DNA of 64,000 nt, taken from NCBI RefSeq assembly GCF_988243305.1, contig NZ_OZ547136.1; one strand, 5' to 3'. The notes under the pieces were generated by a model. The model searched no databases and had not been told where the DNA came from. It was given only the letters and a program-made list of their open reading frames with translations. This document shows, piece by piece, positions 30,910 through 41,113 of this stretch; positions within the stretch are counted from its first letter, which is position 1; every line of letters starts with the position of its first letter. The position numbers and the translations under genes are program-made.

Positions 30910-32081
30910 ACGGACAACTGCAATACAACCGTGGCCTGACTGAACCCCGCTTGCCGCGTTCGGCGCTGGCGGTACGCGTTACCGCTGTGATGCTGCTCTG
31001 TTTTCTCGGCTGGGCGTGGTACTTCCAGCTTGATGAAGTCACCACCGGCAGCGGCACGGTAGAACCCTCCGGGCGCGAACAGGTGGTGCAGTCGCTGGAA
31101 GGCGGAATTCTGTATCATCTCGACGTCAAGGTTGGCGATATTGTTGAACAGGGCCAGCCGCTGGCGCAGCTTAACCGCACCAAAACGGAATCCGACGTCC
31201 AGGAAGCAATGTCGCGGCTGTACGCGGCGCTGGCAACCTCGGCGCGGCTGCGGGCGGAAGTGAGTAATAAACCGCTGGTCTTCCCTGACGAACTGAATAA
31301 ATTCCCCGAACTTATCGAGTCGGAAACGGCGTTGTACAACACTCGCCGCGATGGGCTGAACAAAGCCACCACCGGGCTGACGCAGGGGATTAGCCTGGTC
31401 AACCGCGAACTGGCGATGACCCAGCCACTGGTCAAACAGGGGGCGGCGAGCAGCGTCGAAGTGCTGCGCCTGCAACGCCAGGCCAATGAACTGGAAAACA
31501 AACTCAGCGACGTGCGCACGCAATACTACGTACAGGCGCGGGAAGAGTTAGCGAAAGCCAATGCGGAAGTAGAAACCCAGCGTTCGGTGATCCGCGGGCG
31601 GGAAGATTCTCTCACCCGGCTCAACTTTACCGCGCCGGTACGTGGCATTGTTCAGGACATTGACGTCACCACGGTTGGCGGCGTTATTGCCCCCGGTGGT
31701 AAACTGATGACCATCGTGCCGCTGGATGAGCAACTGCTGATTGAGGCAAAAATCTCCCCGCGCGATGTGGCATTTATCCATCCGGGGCAAAAATCGCTGG
31801 TGAAAATAACCGCTTACGACTACTCCATCTACGGCGGCCTGCCGGGAGAAGTGGCGGTGATATCACCAGACACCGTGCAGGATGAAGTGCGGCGCGATGT
31901 TTATTACTATCGGGTGTACATTCGCACTTTCAGCAACCATCTGGAAAATAAACATAAACAGCAGTTTCCGATATTCCCCGGTATGGTGGCGACGGTCGAT
32001 ATCCGCACCGGCAAAAAAAGCGTGCTGGATTATCTGTTGAAACCCTTTAATAAAGCACAGGAGGCGTTGCGCGAACGATGA
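30906..32081 (+). CDS. T1SS periplasmic adaptor / membrane fusion protein (HlyD family)
   Basis: 391-aa ORF overlapping the ABC gene stop by 4 nt (ATGA); single N-terminal TM helix, long coiled-coil-forming central region, HlyD-like C-terminus. Confidence 0.9.
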
Positions 32082-32485
32082 ACATTAGCGATGTAGCAAA
32101 AATTACCGGCCTGACCAGCAAAGCCATTCGCTTCTATGAAGAGAAGGGGCTGGTGACGCCGCCGATGCGCAGCGAAAATGGTTATCGAACCTACACGCAG
32201 CAGCATCTCAACGAACTGACCTTACTGCGCCAGGCGCGCCAGGTGGGCTTTAACCTGGAAGAGAGCGGCGAACTGGTGAATCTGTTTAACGACCCACAGC
32301 GTCACAGCGCCGATGTAAAACGGCGCACGCTGGAGAAGGTAGCGGAGATCGAACGGCACATTGAGGAGCTGCAATCCATGCGCGACCAGCTACTGGCGCT
32401 GGCGAATGCCTGCCCTGGTGATGACAGCGCCGACTGCCCGATTATCGAAAATCTCTCCGGCTGCTGTCATCATCGGGCGGGGTGA
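32078..32485 (+). CDS. cueR: MerR-family copper-responsive regulator CueR
   Basis: 135-aa [32 protein letters not shown]... ending in the C-terminal Cys-rich metal-binding loop ([21 protein letters not shown]); matches recalled K-12 CueR. Start codon overlaps the MFP stop (ATGA). Confidence 0.95.
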
Positions 32486-32488
32486 AAA

Positions 32489-32692
32489 TCAGTTAATCCC
32501 CGTTTGCACCGAAAGAATATGCTGCAAACTTTCTACCATAATGCGCCCCGACTGAAATAAGCCTTCCTGGATTTCGTTGTTAACATTCACAGCGTGAACC
32601 AGGGAGGCTAATAACACCACTTGCAAGAAGGCAAAAATAAACGCACCGATAATCATAATATGCGTCAGGGGGATTTTCCTTTGCTCCTTCAT
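32489..32692 (-). CDS. Small membrane protein (67 aa), third gene of the TAA-like module
   Basis: One predicted TM helix (IMIIGAFIFAFLQVVLLASLV); start overlaps the upstream lipoprotein stop by 4 nt, suggesting translational coupling. No recognisable family. Confidence 0.4.
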   Translation of the reverse strand: MKEQRKIPLTHIMIIGAFIFAFLQVVLLASLVHAVNVNNEIQEGLFQSGRIMVESLQHILSVQTGIN

Positions 32693-33111
32693 TTTAAATA
32701 ACCCACAAACTGACCTTCTTTCATTAAGGCGACTTTTCCTGTGTGATGATAAACAATGACGTTATACAGACCTGACTGATAAACAGTGGCATCTTTATTG
32801 TCTTCATCAATTGCACATAATGAATCATTGAGATAAGCAAAGTTTTTACTGCTCATTCTAAAGGTCATGCCAAATCCTTTATAAATGGCTTTCTTTGCCG
32901 CCTGGGCATGTTGTGCGGCTTCTGCATTTTTAAATGCCTGCGCTTCGGATGCACTTAAAATAGCCGTCTGACGCTGTTGTTCTGCGAGATAACAGGTGTC
33001 ATGGCTGACGCCCTGCGCCTGGCAATCTGCGATGCGGGAAGTGGGTGAACTACAGCCAGCCAGTAATATAACCGCCAGCAGGGAAAACGATTTAATGGAG
33101 CTATTCATCAT
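32689..33111 (-). CDS. Lipoprotein of unknown function (140 aa)
   Basis: Signal peptide with lipobox LLAGC (MMNSSIKSFSLLAVILLAGCSS...); located between the TAA-like gene and the small membrane protein on the same strand. Confidence 0.55.
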   Translation of the reverse strand: MMNSSIKSFSLLAVILLAGCSSPTSRIADCQAQGVSHDTCYLAEQQRQTAILSASEAQAFKNAEAAQHAQAAKKAIYKGFGMTFRMSSKNFAYLNDSLCAIDEDNKDATVYQSGLYNVIVYHHTGKVALMKEGQFVGYLK

Positions 33112-33164
33112 TGTTAACCTTAAATAATGTACGGAAAATTGCGAATAAGAAATTGCTGTTAAAA

Positions 33165-34181
33165 TTAGAACGAATATCCCACGCCGACACCCGCACCGAA
33201 ATCAGATTGTGTATCCGCAGAAATACCTGCTTTAAGTACCGTATGCGTTCCGGCATTAAAAGATGTTCCTACAGACACCGCAGATTCACCGTTGAACGTT
33301 CCCGCTCCCGCTGACACCATCATCAAGTCACCGGTTTTCACCTGTGGTTGTGAGGCGATAGCGATGGCAGATGCAGTTCCCGCATTGGCTTCTTTACGAT
33401 TGTCCTCAACTTCGTTTTTCAGAGAATCGAAATGGTTATTGAGCGTGTTAATTTGTTGGCTGTTATCTGCGACCCGTTTTTGCGTGTTGGTTAACTGTTG
33501 CTGCGTTTGTGCGGAATCTTGTCTCAGACTTTCAATTTGCTCATGTGCCTGGACAGACTTCTGCGCCAGACTTTGCATTTGTTTATCGTATTGAGCCCTT
33601 TCTTTTTGCTGTTGTGCTGCCACATCGGTTGTCAGTGCATTCATTTTCTGCCCTTGTTCCGTGGTAGTGCGCTGATTAGCCTCATTTTGAGCCGCCAGCC
33701 TGGCATTAATCATCTCCTGATAATGCGCGGTATTTTGCGTATCTCCAGTCGCGGCGAGCGTTTTTTGTGTGGCTACGATCTGCGCCTGTTGCTCTGTAAT
33801 TTGCGTTTGCTGGGCATCAGTTACCGCAGACTGTCGGGCGTTGATCATGCTCTGATAACGGGCGGTTGTCTGTACATCACCTGTAGCGGCAACGGTTTTT
33901 TGTCCTGCGTCAGGATCTGTCTGGACAGGGGGAGTCTGAGTGGTATCAGGTGTTTCAGAAGGGATGTAGTGATGTTCAGTCAAATAGGTATACGCAGCGG
34001 GGCTGTTGTCTGTGCGTTCTAAAAAGCGGGTAATCTTCTGCTCAATCTCCGATTGCGACATGCCAGAGTTAATGGCTGAAAGCTCTGTTGCCGCCGCTTC
34101 AATGGTATCACCAGCTAAAACAACAGGGCTGGATGTTGCTGAAATTATGAGTGCCAGTAAAGCTACGTTTACAGTTTTCAT
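33165..34181 (-). CDS. Short trimeric autotransporter adhesin-like protein (YadA-like C-terminal membrane anchor), 338 aa
   Basis: N-terminal signal peptide (MKTVNVALLALIISATSSPVVLAGD), Gln/Thr/Ala-rich repetitive stalk-like region (two copies of TARYQSMINARQSA / TAHYQEMINARLAA), C-terminus ...ASAIAIASQPQV..GESAVSVGTSFNAGTHTVLKAGISADTQSDFGAGVGVGYSF resembling the YadA anchor (compare YadA ...SESAVAIGTGF...AAKAGVAVGTSSGSSAAYHVGVNYEW), ending in an aromatic residue. Confidence 0.75.
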   Translation of the reverse strand: MKTVNVALLALIISATSSPVVLAGDTIEAAATELSAINSGMSQSEIEQKITRFLERTDNSPAAYTYLTEHHYIPSETPDTTQTPPVQTDPDAGQKTVAATGDVQTTARYQSMINARQSAVTDAQQTQITEQQAQIVATQKTLAATGDTQNTAHYQEMINARLAAQNEANQRTTTEQGQKMNALTTDVAAQQQKERAQYDKQMQSLAQKSVQAHEQIESLRQDSAQTQQQLTNTQKRVADNSQQINTLNNHFDSLKNEVEDNRKEANAGTASAIAIASQPQVKTGDLMMVSAGAGTFNGESAVSVGTSFNAGTHTVLKAGISADTQSDFGAGVGVGYSF

Positions 34182-34215
34182 TCATTTTCTCTTGTTCAAA
34201 ATAAGTCGCATTAAT

Positions 34216-34365
34216 GTTTCTATAAGAAACAAATAATATTGTTTTAAGAAATAAACTGCGTTGCAATTTAATCGAAATCTACGCCGCCATTTGTGTGATG
34301 TAAAGCGCATTTTTGTCTGGTGTAAGCGTGAACACCACCAATAAGAAACAAAAAATGTTTCTTAT
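34216..34365. promoter_or_regulatory. Candidate operator palindromes in the divergent intergenic region (GTTTCT/AGAAAC arms)
   Basis: Site 1 gtttct-ata-agaaac near 34216-34230; site 2 ataagaaac-aaaaaat-gtttcttat (9-7-9 perfect inverted repeat) near 34341-34365; both within the AT-rich region between the TAA-like gene and the 120-aa ORF. Confidence 0.35.
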
Positions 34366-34547
34366 ATAAATAAAATCGAAAATCATTTTGTGCTCTTTCA
34401 ATGTAAAAAAGAGTAAAGACTTGTTTTGATAAGCGAAATAAATTCTGTTTCTGGACTAAACGTGAAGCGGTTCCTGATGTGTGCTAAAATGCGTTTCTTT
34501 GATAAATCTCAATTTTTAAGAGGTTTACGCCAGGCAGGAAAATTTAA

Positions 34548-34910
34548 ATGAATGAATTTGAGAAGATTTTTAATGAAATGAATCTGGACCGGGCATTGCT
34601 ACCGATCCTTTTTCGTTCGAACCGGTCAACAGTGTGGAAATATTTAAGTGGCGATAGTACGGCTCCTGCCTCAGCTATGTCACTGATTATGCTGTTGCAG
34701 TTAATCCAGAAACGAAACCCCGATCTGTTAGCCGAATGGTTAACGCTTTCTGATTTCACCATTCCGCCAGAAGTTTACCTGGACCAGCCTGATTACTGGA
34801 AAGGGTGGGTGTATACGCAACACAAGGTCAATAAAAACGTCCTGGAATATCTAAAAAAACATTATCCGGATGAAGACCAAAAAAACATGAATAAAGGTAG
34901 TGACGAGTAA
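34548..34910 (+). CDS. Hypothetical 120-aa protein, possible DNA-binding regulator divergent from the TAA-like operon
   Basis: ORF preceded by an AT-rich divergent intergenic region; the N-terminal region (LPILFRSNRSTVWKYLSGDS...SAMSLIMLL) could form a helix-turn-helix. No confident family assignment. Confidence 0.4.
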   Translation: MNEFEKIFNEMNLDRALLPILFRSNRSTVWKYLSGDSTAPASAMSLIMLLQLIQKRNPDLLAEWLTLSDFTIPPEVYLDQPDYWKGWVYTQHKVNKNVLEYLKKHYPDEDQKNMNKGSDE

Positions 34911-34930
34911 TTTGCCAATGCCAGTTAATA

Positions 34931-35094
<164 letters not shown>

Positions 35095-35553
35095 TCAGGC
35101 AATGACCGCACGGATGATCAGCGTTATCCCTTCTATCGCAATGACTTCAACATGCGTACCTGCACCGAGATCCTCGCTGGCGCTGACAGGCCATGAACTG
35201 TCACCGACGCGCATATGACCGCGCCCGTTGACCAGTGGAGATTCCAGCACAAAACGTCGGCCAATCAGCTGCTGCCCGCGCTGGTTTAAATGACTGTCGC
35301 TGTGCTTTTGTTCGCGCACCCGCCGCGACAACCATTTCCACCACAGCCAGGCGGCGAGCAGCGTCAGGACGGCAAACATCACCCCTTGCCACTCCCAACC
35401 CAGCGGCACCAGCCAGACCACCAGGCCGGTAATCACCGCTGCCACGCCGCTCCAAAGCAGATAACCATTGCCGCCCAACATCTCGGCTGCCAGCAGCAAC
35501 CCGCCGAGACTGAGCCAGAAAATATGTGGATGAACGACCATTAACTCCATCAT
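35095..35553 (-). CDS. ybbJ: NfeD-like inner membrane protein YbbJ
   Basis: 152-aa ORF, hydrophobic N-terminal half, overlaps the qmcA stop; matches K-12 YbbJ length and synteny. Confidence 0.9.
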   Translation of the reverse strand: MMELMVVHPHIFWLSLGGLLLAAEMLGGNGYLLWSGVAAVITGLVVWLVPLGWEWQGVMFAVLTLLAAWLWWKWLSRRVREQKHSDSHLNQRGQQLIGRRFVLESPLVNGRGHMRVGDSSWPVSASEDLGAGTHVEVIAIEGITLIIRAVIA

Positions 35554-36467
35554 GGCTGAGTCCGCTTGTTGGCGCTGTCTTTCACCAGCTCGGCAATCCC
35601 GGCAATCGACCCCATCAGGCTGCTGGCCTCTAATGGCATCATCACTACTTTGCTGTTACTGGACGAACCGATCTGCTGTAACGCTTCGGTGTATTTCTGT
35701 GCGACGAAGTAGTTCACCGCCTGAATATCACCGGAGGCAATGGCTTCAGATACCATTTTGGTGGCGCGGGCTTCTGCTTCGGCAGAACGTTCACGCGCTT
35801 CGGCCTGTAAGAATGCCGATTGACGTTCACCTTCCGCTTTCAGGATTTGCGACTGTTTTTCACCTTCAGCTTTGAGGATTTCCGCCTGACGGATCCCTTC
35901 CGCTTCAAGGATGTAAGCGCGTTTGGTACGTTCCGCTTTCATCTGCGCGTTCATTGAAGAGATAAGCTCTGCCGGTGGGCGCACGTCGCGAATTTCAATA
36001 CGGGTGACTTTAATCCCCCACGGGTTGGTGGCTTCATCGACAATACGCAGCAGGCGTGAGTTGATGCTGTCGCGCTGAGAGAGCATTTCGTCAAGTTCCA
36101 TTGAACCCAGCACGGTACGGATGTTAGTCATGGTCAGGTTGATGATCGCCAGCTCCAGATTGCTGACTTCATAAGCCGCGCGCGGCGCGTCAATCACCTG
36201 AATAAAACAGACTGCGTCGATGGTAACGTTGGCGTTATCTTTCGAGATAACTTCCTGGGAAGGGATATCGAGCACTTGCTCCATCATATTGATCTTGCGA
36301 CCAATGCGATCCATAAACGGCACCACCAGGCTTAGACCTGGCTGTAACGTTTTGGTATAGCGACCAAAGCGTTCTACCGTCCATTGATAGCCCTGCGGCA
36401 CGATTTTGACGCCCGCGCCGACAATGACCAGTGCGACAAAAATGAGAATCGGGATAAAGATAAGCAT
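35550..36467 (-). CDS. qmcA: SPFH/stomatin-family protein QmcA
   Basis: 305-aa ORF with N-terminal TM helix and SPFH/band-7 domain; matches K-12 QmcA (YbbK). Confidence 0.9.
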   Translation of the reverse strand: MLIFIPILIFVALVIVGAGVKIVPQGYQWTVERFGRYTKTLQPGLSLVVPFMDRIGRKINMMEQVLDIPSQEVISKDNANVTIDAVCFIQVIDAPRAAYEVSNLELAIINLTMTNIRTVLGSMELDEMLSQRDSINSRLLRIVDEATNPWGIKVTRIEIRDVRPPAELISSMNAQMKAERTKRAYILEAEGIRQAEILKAEGEKQSQILKAEGERQSAFLQAEARERSAEAEARATKMVSEAIASGDIQAVNYFVAQKYTEALQQIGSSSNSKVVMMPLEASSLMGSIAGIAELVKDSANKRTQP

Positions 36468-36612
36468 CGGAAAAACCTCCTGTTGTACCGTCCATAATCA
36501 GCAAAATTGCTGCTTGATTAAACAAATTATACCTGATTACTGAAAGAGAGTTCCCCCTTATTCCTGGGAAGGATAAACTGTTTTTAGTAAAAATCAGAAA
36601 AAGGGAACAGCG

Positions 36613-37290
36613 ATGCAGGAAAATAGTCCTTTGCTTCAGCTACAAAACGTAGGATATCTGGCGGGTGATGCGAAGATTCTTAATAACATCAATTTTTCGC
36701 TGCGTGCTGGCGAATTTAAGTTAATTACCGGTCCTTCTGGTTGTGGCAAAAGTACGCTGCTAAAAATAGTTGCTTCATTGATCAGCCCAACCAGCGGAAC
36801 GTTACTGTTTGAAGGTGAGGATGTCAGGACACTAAAGCCAGAAATCTACCGCCAGCAAGTGTCTTACTGCGCCCAGACGCCGACGCTGTTTGGCGATACG
36901 GTATACGATAATCTGATCTTTCCCTGGCAGATCCGTAACCAGCAGCCTGACCCGGCCATTTTTCTCGATTTTCTTGAACGCTTCGCTTTGCCGGACAGCA
37001 TTTTGACGAAGAATATCGCCGAGCTATCTGGTGGTGAAAAACAACGCATCTCATTGATTCGTAACCTGCAATTTATGCCGAAGGTTTTATTGCTGGATGA
37101 AATCACCAGTGCGCTGGATGAAAGTAATAAACATAACGTTAATGAGATGATCCATCGTTATGTGCGCGAGCAAAATATTGCTGTGCTGTGGGTGACACAC
37201 GATAAAGACGAAATTAATCATGCGGATAAGGTGATTACACTGCAACCGCATGCCGGAGAAATGCAGGAAGCACGCTATGAACTCGCATAA
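36613..37290 (+). CDS. fetA: ABC transporter ATP-binding protein FetA
   Basis: 225-aa ORF with Walker A GPSGCGKST, signature LSGGEKQR, Walker B LLLDEITSALD. Confidence 0.9.
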   Translation: MQENSPLLQLQNVGYLAGDAKILNNINFSLRAGEFKLITGPSGCGKSTLLKIVASLISPTSGTLLFEGEDVRTLKPEIYRQQVSYCAQTPTLFGDTVYDNLIFPWQIRNQQPDPAIFLDFLERFALPDSILTKNIAELSGGEKQRISLIRNLQFMPKVLLLDEITSALDESNKHNVNEMIHRYVREQNIAVLWVTHDKDEINHADKVITLQPHAGEMQEARYELA

Positions 37291-38056
37291 TATTACTAAC
37301 GAATCATTGGCACTGGCATTAATGCTGGTGGTGGTGGCAATCTTAATTAGCCATAAAGAAAAACTGGCGCTGGAGAAAGATATTCTCTGGAGCGTCGGGC
37401 GCGCGATAATTCAGCTGATTATTGTCGGCTATGTGCTGAAGTATATTTTCAGCGTGGATGATGCCAGCCTGACATTATTGATGGTGTTATTTATCTGCTT
37501 TAATGCGGCGTGGAACGCGCAAAAACGCAGTAAATATATTGCTAAAGCTTTTATCTCATCGTTTATTGCCATTACGGTTGGTGCGGGAATTACCCTGGCG
37601 GTGCTGATTCTCTCCGGGTCGATTGAATTTATCCCGATGCAGGTGATCCCTATCGCCGGGATGATAGCCGGTAACGCCATGGTAGCGGTGGGGTTGTGTT
37701 ACAACAATTTAGGGCAACGGGTGATTAGCGAACAGCAACAGATTCAGGAGAAACTGAGTCTTGGCGCTACGCCGAAACAGGCTTCAGCGATATTGATTCG
37801 CGACAGTATTCGCGCGGCTTTAATTCCGACGGTCGATTCAGCAAAAACGGTTGGCTTAGTGAGTTTACCAGGAATGATGTCCGGGCTGATATTTGCCGGG
37901 ATTGATCCGGTGAAGGCGATTAAATATCAGATTATGGTGACCTTTATGCTGCTCTCAACCGCCAGCCTGTCGACCATTATTGCCTGCTATTTGACCTATC
38001 GTAAGTTTTACAATTCGCGCCACCAGTTGGTGGTGACGCAATTGAAGAAGAAATAA
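37277..38056 (+). CDS. fetB: ABC transporter permease FetB
   Basis: Track ORF 37250..38056 trimmed to the in-frame ATG at 37277 (MNSHNITNES...), giving 259 aa as in K-12 FetB; overlaps the fetA stop. Confidence 0.88.
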   Translation: MNSHNITNESLALALMLVVVAILISHKEKLALEKDILWSVGRAIIQLIIVGYVLKYIFSVDDASLTLLMVLFICFNAAWNAQKRSKYIAKAFISSFIAITVGAGITLAVLILSGSIEFIPMQVIPIAGMIAGNAMVAVGLCYNNLGQRVISEQQQIQEKLSLGATPKQASAILIRDSIRAALIPTVDSAKTVGLVSLPGMMSGLIFAGIDPVKAIKYQIMVTFMLLSTASLSTIIACYLTYRKFYNSRHQLVVTQLKKK

Positions 38057-38062
38057 TGCAAT

Positions 38063-38088
38063 GCCGGATGCGCAGCATCGCATCCGGC
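38063..38088. repeat. REP-like hairpin / probable bidirectional terminator between fetB and cnoX
   Basis: Perfect 10-bp inverted repeat gccggatgcg ... cgcatccggc with a 6-nt loop just after the fetB stop. Coordinates approximate. Confidence 0.5.
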
Positions 38089-38118
38089 GTTGTGGTTCAT
38101 GTGCCGATCAACGGAAAC

Positions 38119-39015
<897 letters not shown>

Positions 39016-39033
39016 TTAAGTGCGCGCTTCAAC

Positions 39034-39843
39034 TCACCCCTGCAATATTTTGTCCATCACGCGCCCCGGCAGCAGGCGCTTAAGCACCATTACTGCCCAG
39101 GTCACCAGCGTTACCGGATAGCGCATCTTCGGTTTCTCGCTAATAAAAGCATGGCGTACTTTGTCGACCACCGCTTCCGGTCCCAACGTAAAGCGGGCGG
39201 CGATGCCAGGATTTTCGACTGGTTTATCACTTTGCGTCTGGTTGACGTTGTCGGTGAAGCGAGTACGAATGGGACCGGGTTCGATCAGGCTAACTTTAAC
39301 TCCGCTGTGGCGCAGCTCCATGCGCAGCGCATCCGACCACGCCTCCAGCGCATATTTACTGGCCGCGTAAGCGCCACGACCCGGCGTGGAGATTAATCCC
39401 ATCACCGATGAGGTCATCACAATACGTCCTTCACCGTGCGGTAACATCGCGGGTAACAGGCGCATGGTGAGCTGGTGTGCGCCGAAAAAGTTGGCGGAAA
39501 ACTGCTGTTCCATCTGCGCACGGCTGATGGTGGAAAGGGGGCCATACATGCCGAATCCGGCATTGTTAAAGATCCCATACAGACAATTATCGGTCAGGGC
39601 GATCACTTCGTCGGCTGCGCGATCAACACTTTCTGGCGAATCCAGATCGATCAACACGCCGGTAAATCCCATGCTGTTCATGCGCTCAACATCATCCGCT
39701 TTCCGGCAACCTGCCAGCACATGAAAACCCTGGCGTTTTAATTCGAGCGCGCTTTCCAGGCCAATTCCACTGGAACATCCGGTAATTAAGACCGATTTTT
39801 GCATAACTTTACCTGTCAGGATCTCCGTTGCTTTATGAGTCAT
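39034..39843 (-). CDS. ybbO: Short-chain dehydrogenase/reductase YbbO
   Basis: 269-aa ORF with SDR glycine-rich motif TGCSSGIG and catalytic YxxxK (YAASK). Confidence 0.9.
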   Translation of the reverse strand: MTHKATEILTGKVMQKSVLITGCSSGIGLESALELKRQGFHVLAGCRKADDVERMNSMGFTGVLIDLDSPESVDRAADEVIALTDNCLYGIFNNAGFGMYGPLSTISRAQMEQQFSANFFGAHQLTMRLLPAMLPHGEGRIVMTSSVMGLISTPGRGAYAASKYALEAWSDALRMELRHSGVKVSLIEPGPIRTRFTDNVNQTQSDKPVENPGIAARFTLGPEAVVDKVRHAFISEKPKMRYPVTLVTWAVMVLKRLLPGRVMDKILQG

Positions 39844-40459
39844 GATTTACTAAAGGCTGCAACTGCTTCGCCATCCAGTCGGCAATAAACGGCTGGGCGT
39901 CGCGGTTGGGATGAATACCGTCATCCTGCATCCATTGTGGTTTGAGGTAGACCTCTTCCATAAAAAAGGGCAGCAGCGGAACATCAAACTCTTTGGCGAG
40001 TTTGGGGTAAATGGCGCTAAAGGCTTCATTATAACGGCGACCATAGTTTGCAGGCAGACGTATTTGCATTAACAATGGTTCAGCGTTGGCGGCTTTGACA
40101 TCCTGCAAAATCTGGCGCAGCGTTTGCTCGGTTTGTTGTGGCTGAAAACCACGCAAACCGTCATTGCCGCCCAGTTCTACCAGCACCCAGCGCGGCTGAT
40201 GCTGTTTCAGCAGAGCCGGAAGGCGCGCCAGCCCTTGTTGCGAGGTGTCGCCGCTGATGCTGGCATTGACTACCGACGTTTTATTCTGCCACTTATCATT
40301 CAACAAGGCAGGCCAGGCCGCGCTGGCAGACATTCGATACCCGGCGCTCAGGCTATCACCCAGAATCAATAACGTGTCCGCTGCGGCGGCACGGAAGGTT
40401 AACAGGACCAGGAACAGGAAGGGCAAATGCCAGCGGAAAACATTGTTGAAGTTCATCAT
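39833..40459 (-). CDS. tesA: Thioesterase I / lysophospholipase L1 (SGNH hydrolase) TesA
   Basis: Track ORF trimmed to MMNFNNVFRWHLPFLFLVLL... (208 aa); signal peptide and GDSLS motif (LILGDSLSAGY). Confidence 0.9.
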   Translation of the reverse strand: MMNFNNVFRWHLPFLFLVLLTFRAAAADTLLILGDSLSAGYRMSASAAWPALLNDKWQNKTSVVNASISGDTSQQGLARLPALLKQHQPRWVLVELGGNDGLRGFQPQQTEQTLRQILQDVKAANAEPLLMQIRLPANYGRRYNEAFSAIYPKLAKEFDVPLLPFFMEEVYLKPQWMQDDGIHPNRDAQPFIADWMAKQLQPLVNHDS

Positions 40460-41113
40460 CTTAAGAAGTCCGTCGGTCAGGGGGAGCATGAACTCTCCAT
40501 CCTCACCGGAGTTGAGCTGGTTGTCAAACGTGGCGAGACCATCGCACTGGTGGGCGAGTCGGGATCGGGTAAGTCAACCTTGCTGGCGATCCTCGCCGGG
40601 CTGGATGACGGCAGCAGTGGCGAAGTGAGTCTGGTGGGACAACCGCTACATAATATGGACGAAGAAGCGCGGGCAAAGTTGCGCGCGAAGCACGTCGGCT
40701 TTGTTTTTCAGTCATTTATGTTAATTCCTACCCTTAACGCGCTGGAAAACGTCGAGCTTCCGGCGCTGCTGCGCGGTGAGAGTAGCGCGGAAAGTCGTAA
40801 CGGAGCGAAAGCGTTGCTCGAACAGTTAGGGCTGGGTAAACGTCTTGATCATCTTCCGGCACAGCTTTCCGGCGGCGAACAGCAACGAGTGGCGCTGGCG
40901 CGAGCTTTTAATGGTCGACCTGATGTGCTGTTTGCCGACGAACCCACCGGCAACCTTGACCGCCAGACGGGCGATAAAATTGCCGACCTGCTGTTTTCCC
41001 TCAACCGTGAACATGGCACCACGTTGATTATGGTGACCCACGACCTGCAACTGGCGGCACGCTGCGACCGCTGCTTACGGCTGATGAACGGGCAATTGCA
41101 GGAGGAAGCATGA
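40427..41113 (+). CDS. ybbA: ABC transporter ATP-binding protein YbbA
   Basis: 228-aa ORF with Walker A GESGSGKST, signature LSGGEQQR, Walker B LFADEPTGNLD; 5' end overlaps tesA on the opposite strand as in K-12. Confidence 0.9.
   Translation: MPAENIVEVHHLKKSVGQGEHELSILTGVELVVKRGETIALVGESGSGKSTLLAILAGLDDGSSGEVSLVGQPLHNMDEEARAKLRAKHVGFVFQSFMLIPTLNALENVELPALLRGESSAESRNGAKALLEQLGLGKRLDHLPAQLSGGEQQRVALARAFNGRPDVLFADEPTGNLDRQTGDKIADLLFSLNREHGTTLIMVTHDLQLAARCDRCLRLMNGQLQEEA

Noticed and set aside
32489..34181. Whether the 338-aa YadA-anchor protein could be a phage tail fibre or part of a prophage remnant, given its Gln-rich repeats.
   Set aside because: It has a Sec signal peptide and a C-terminal outer-membrane anchor ending in an aromatic residue, and there are no integrase, capsid or tail genes nearby; a surface-protein module fits better.
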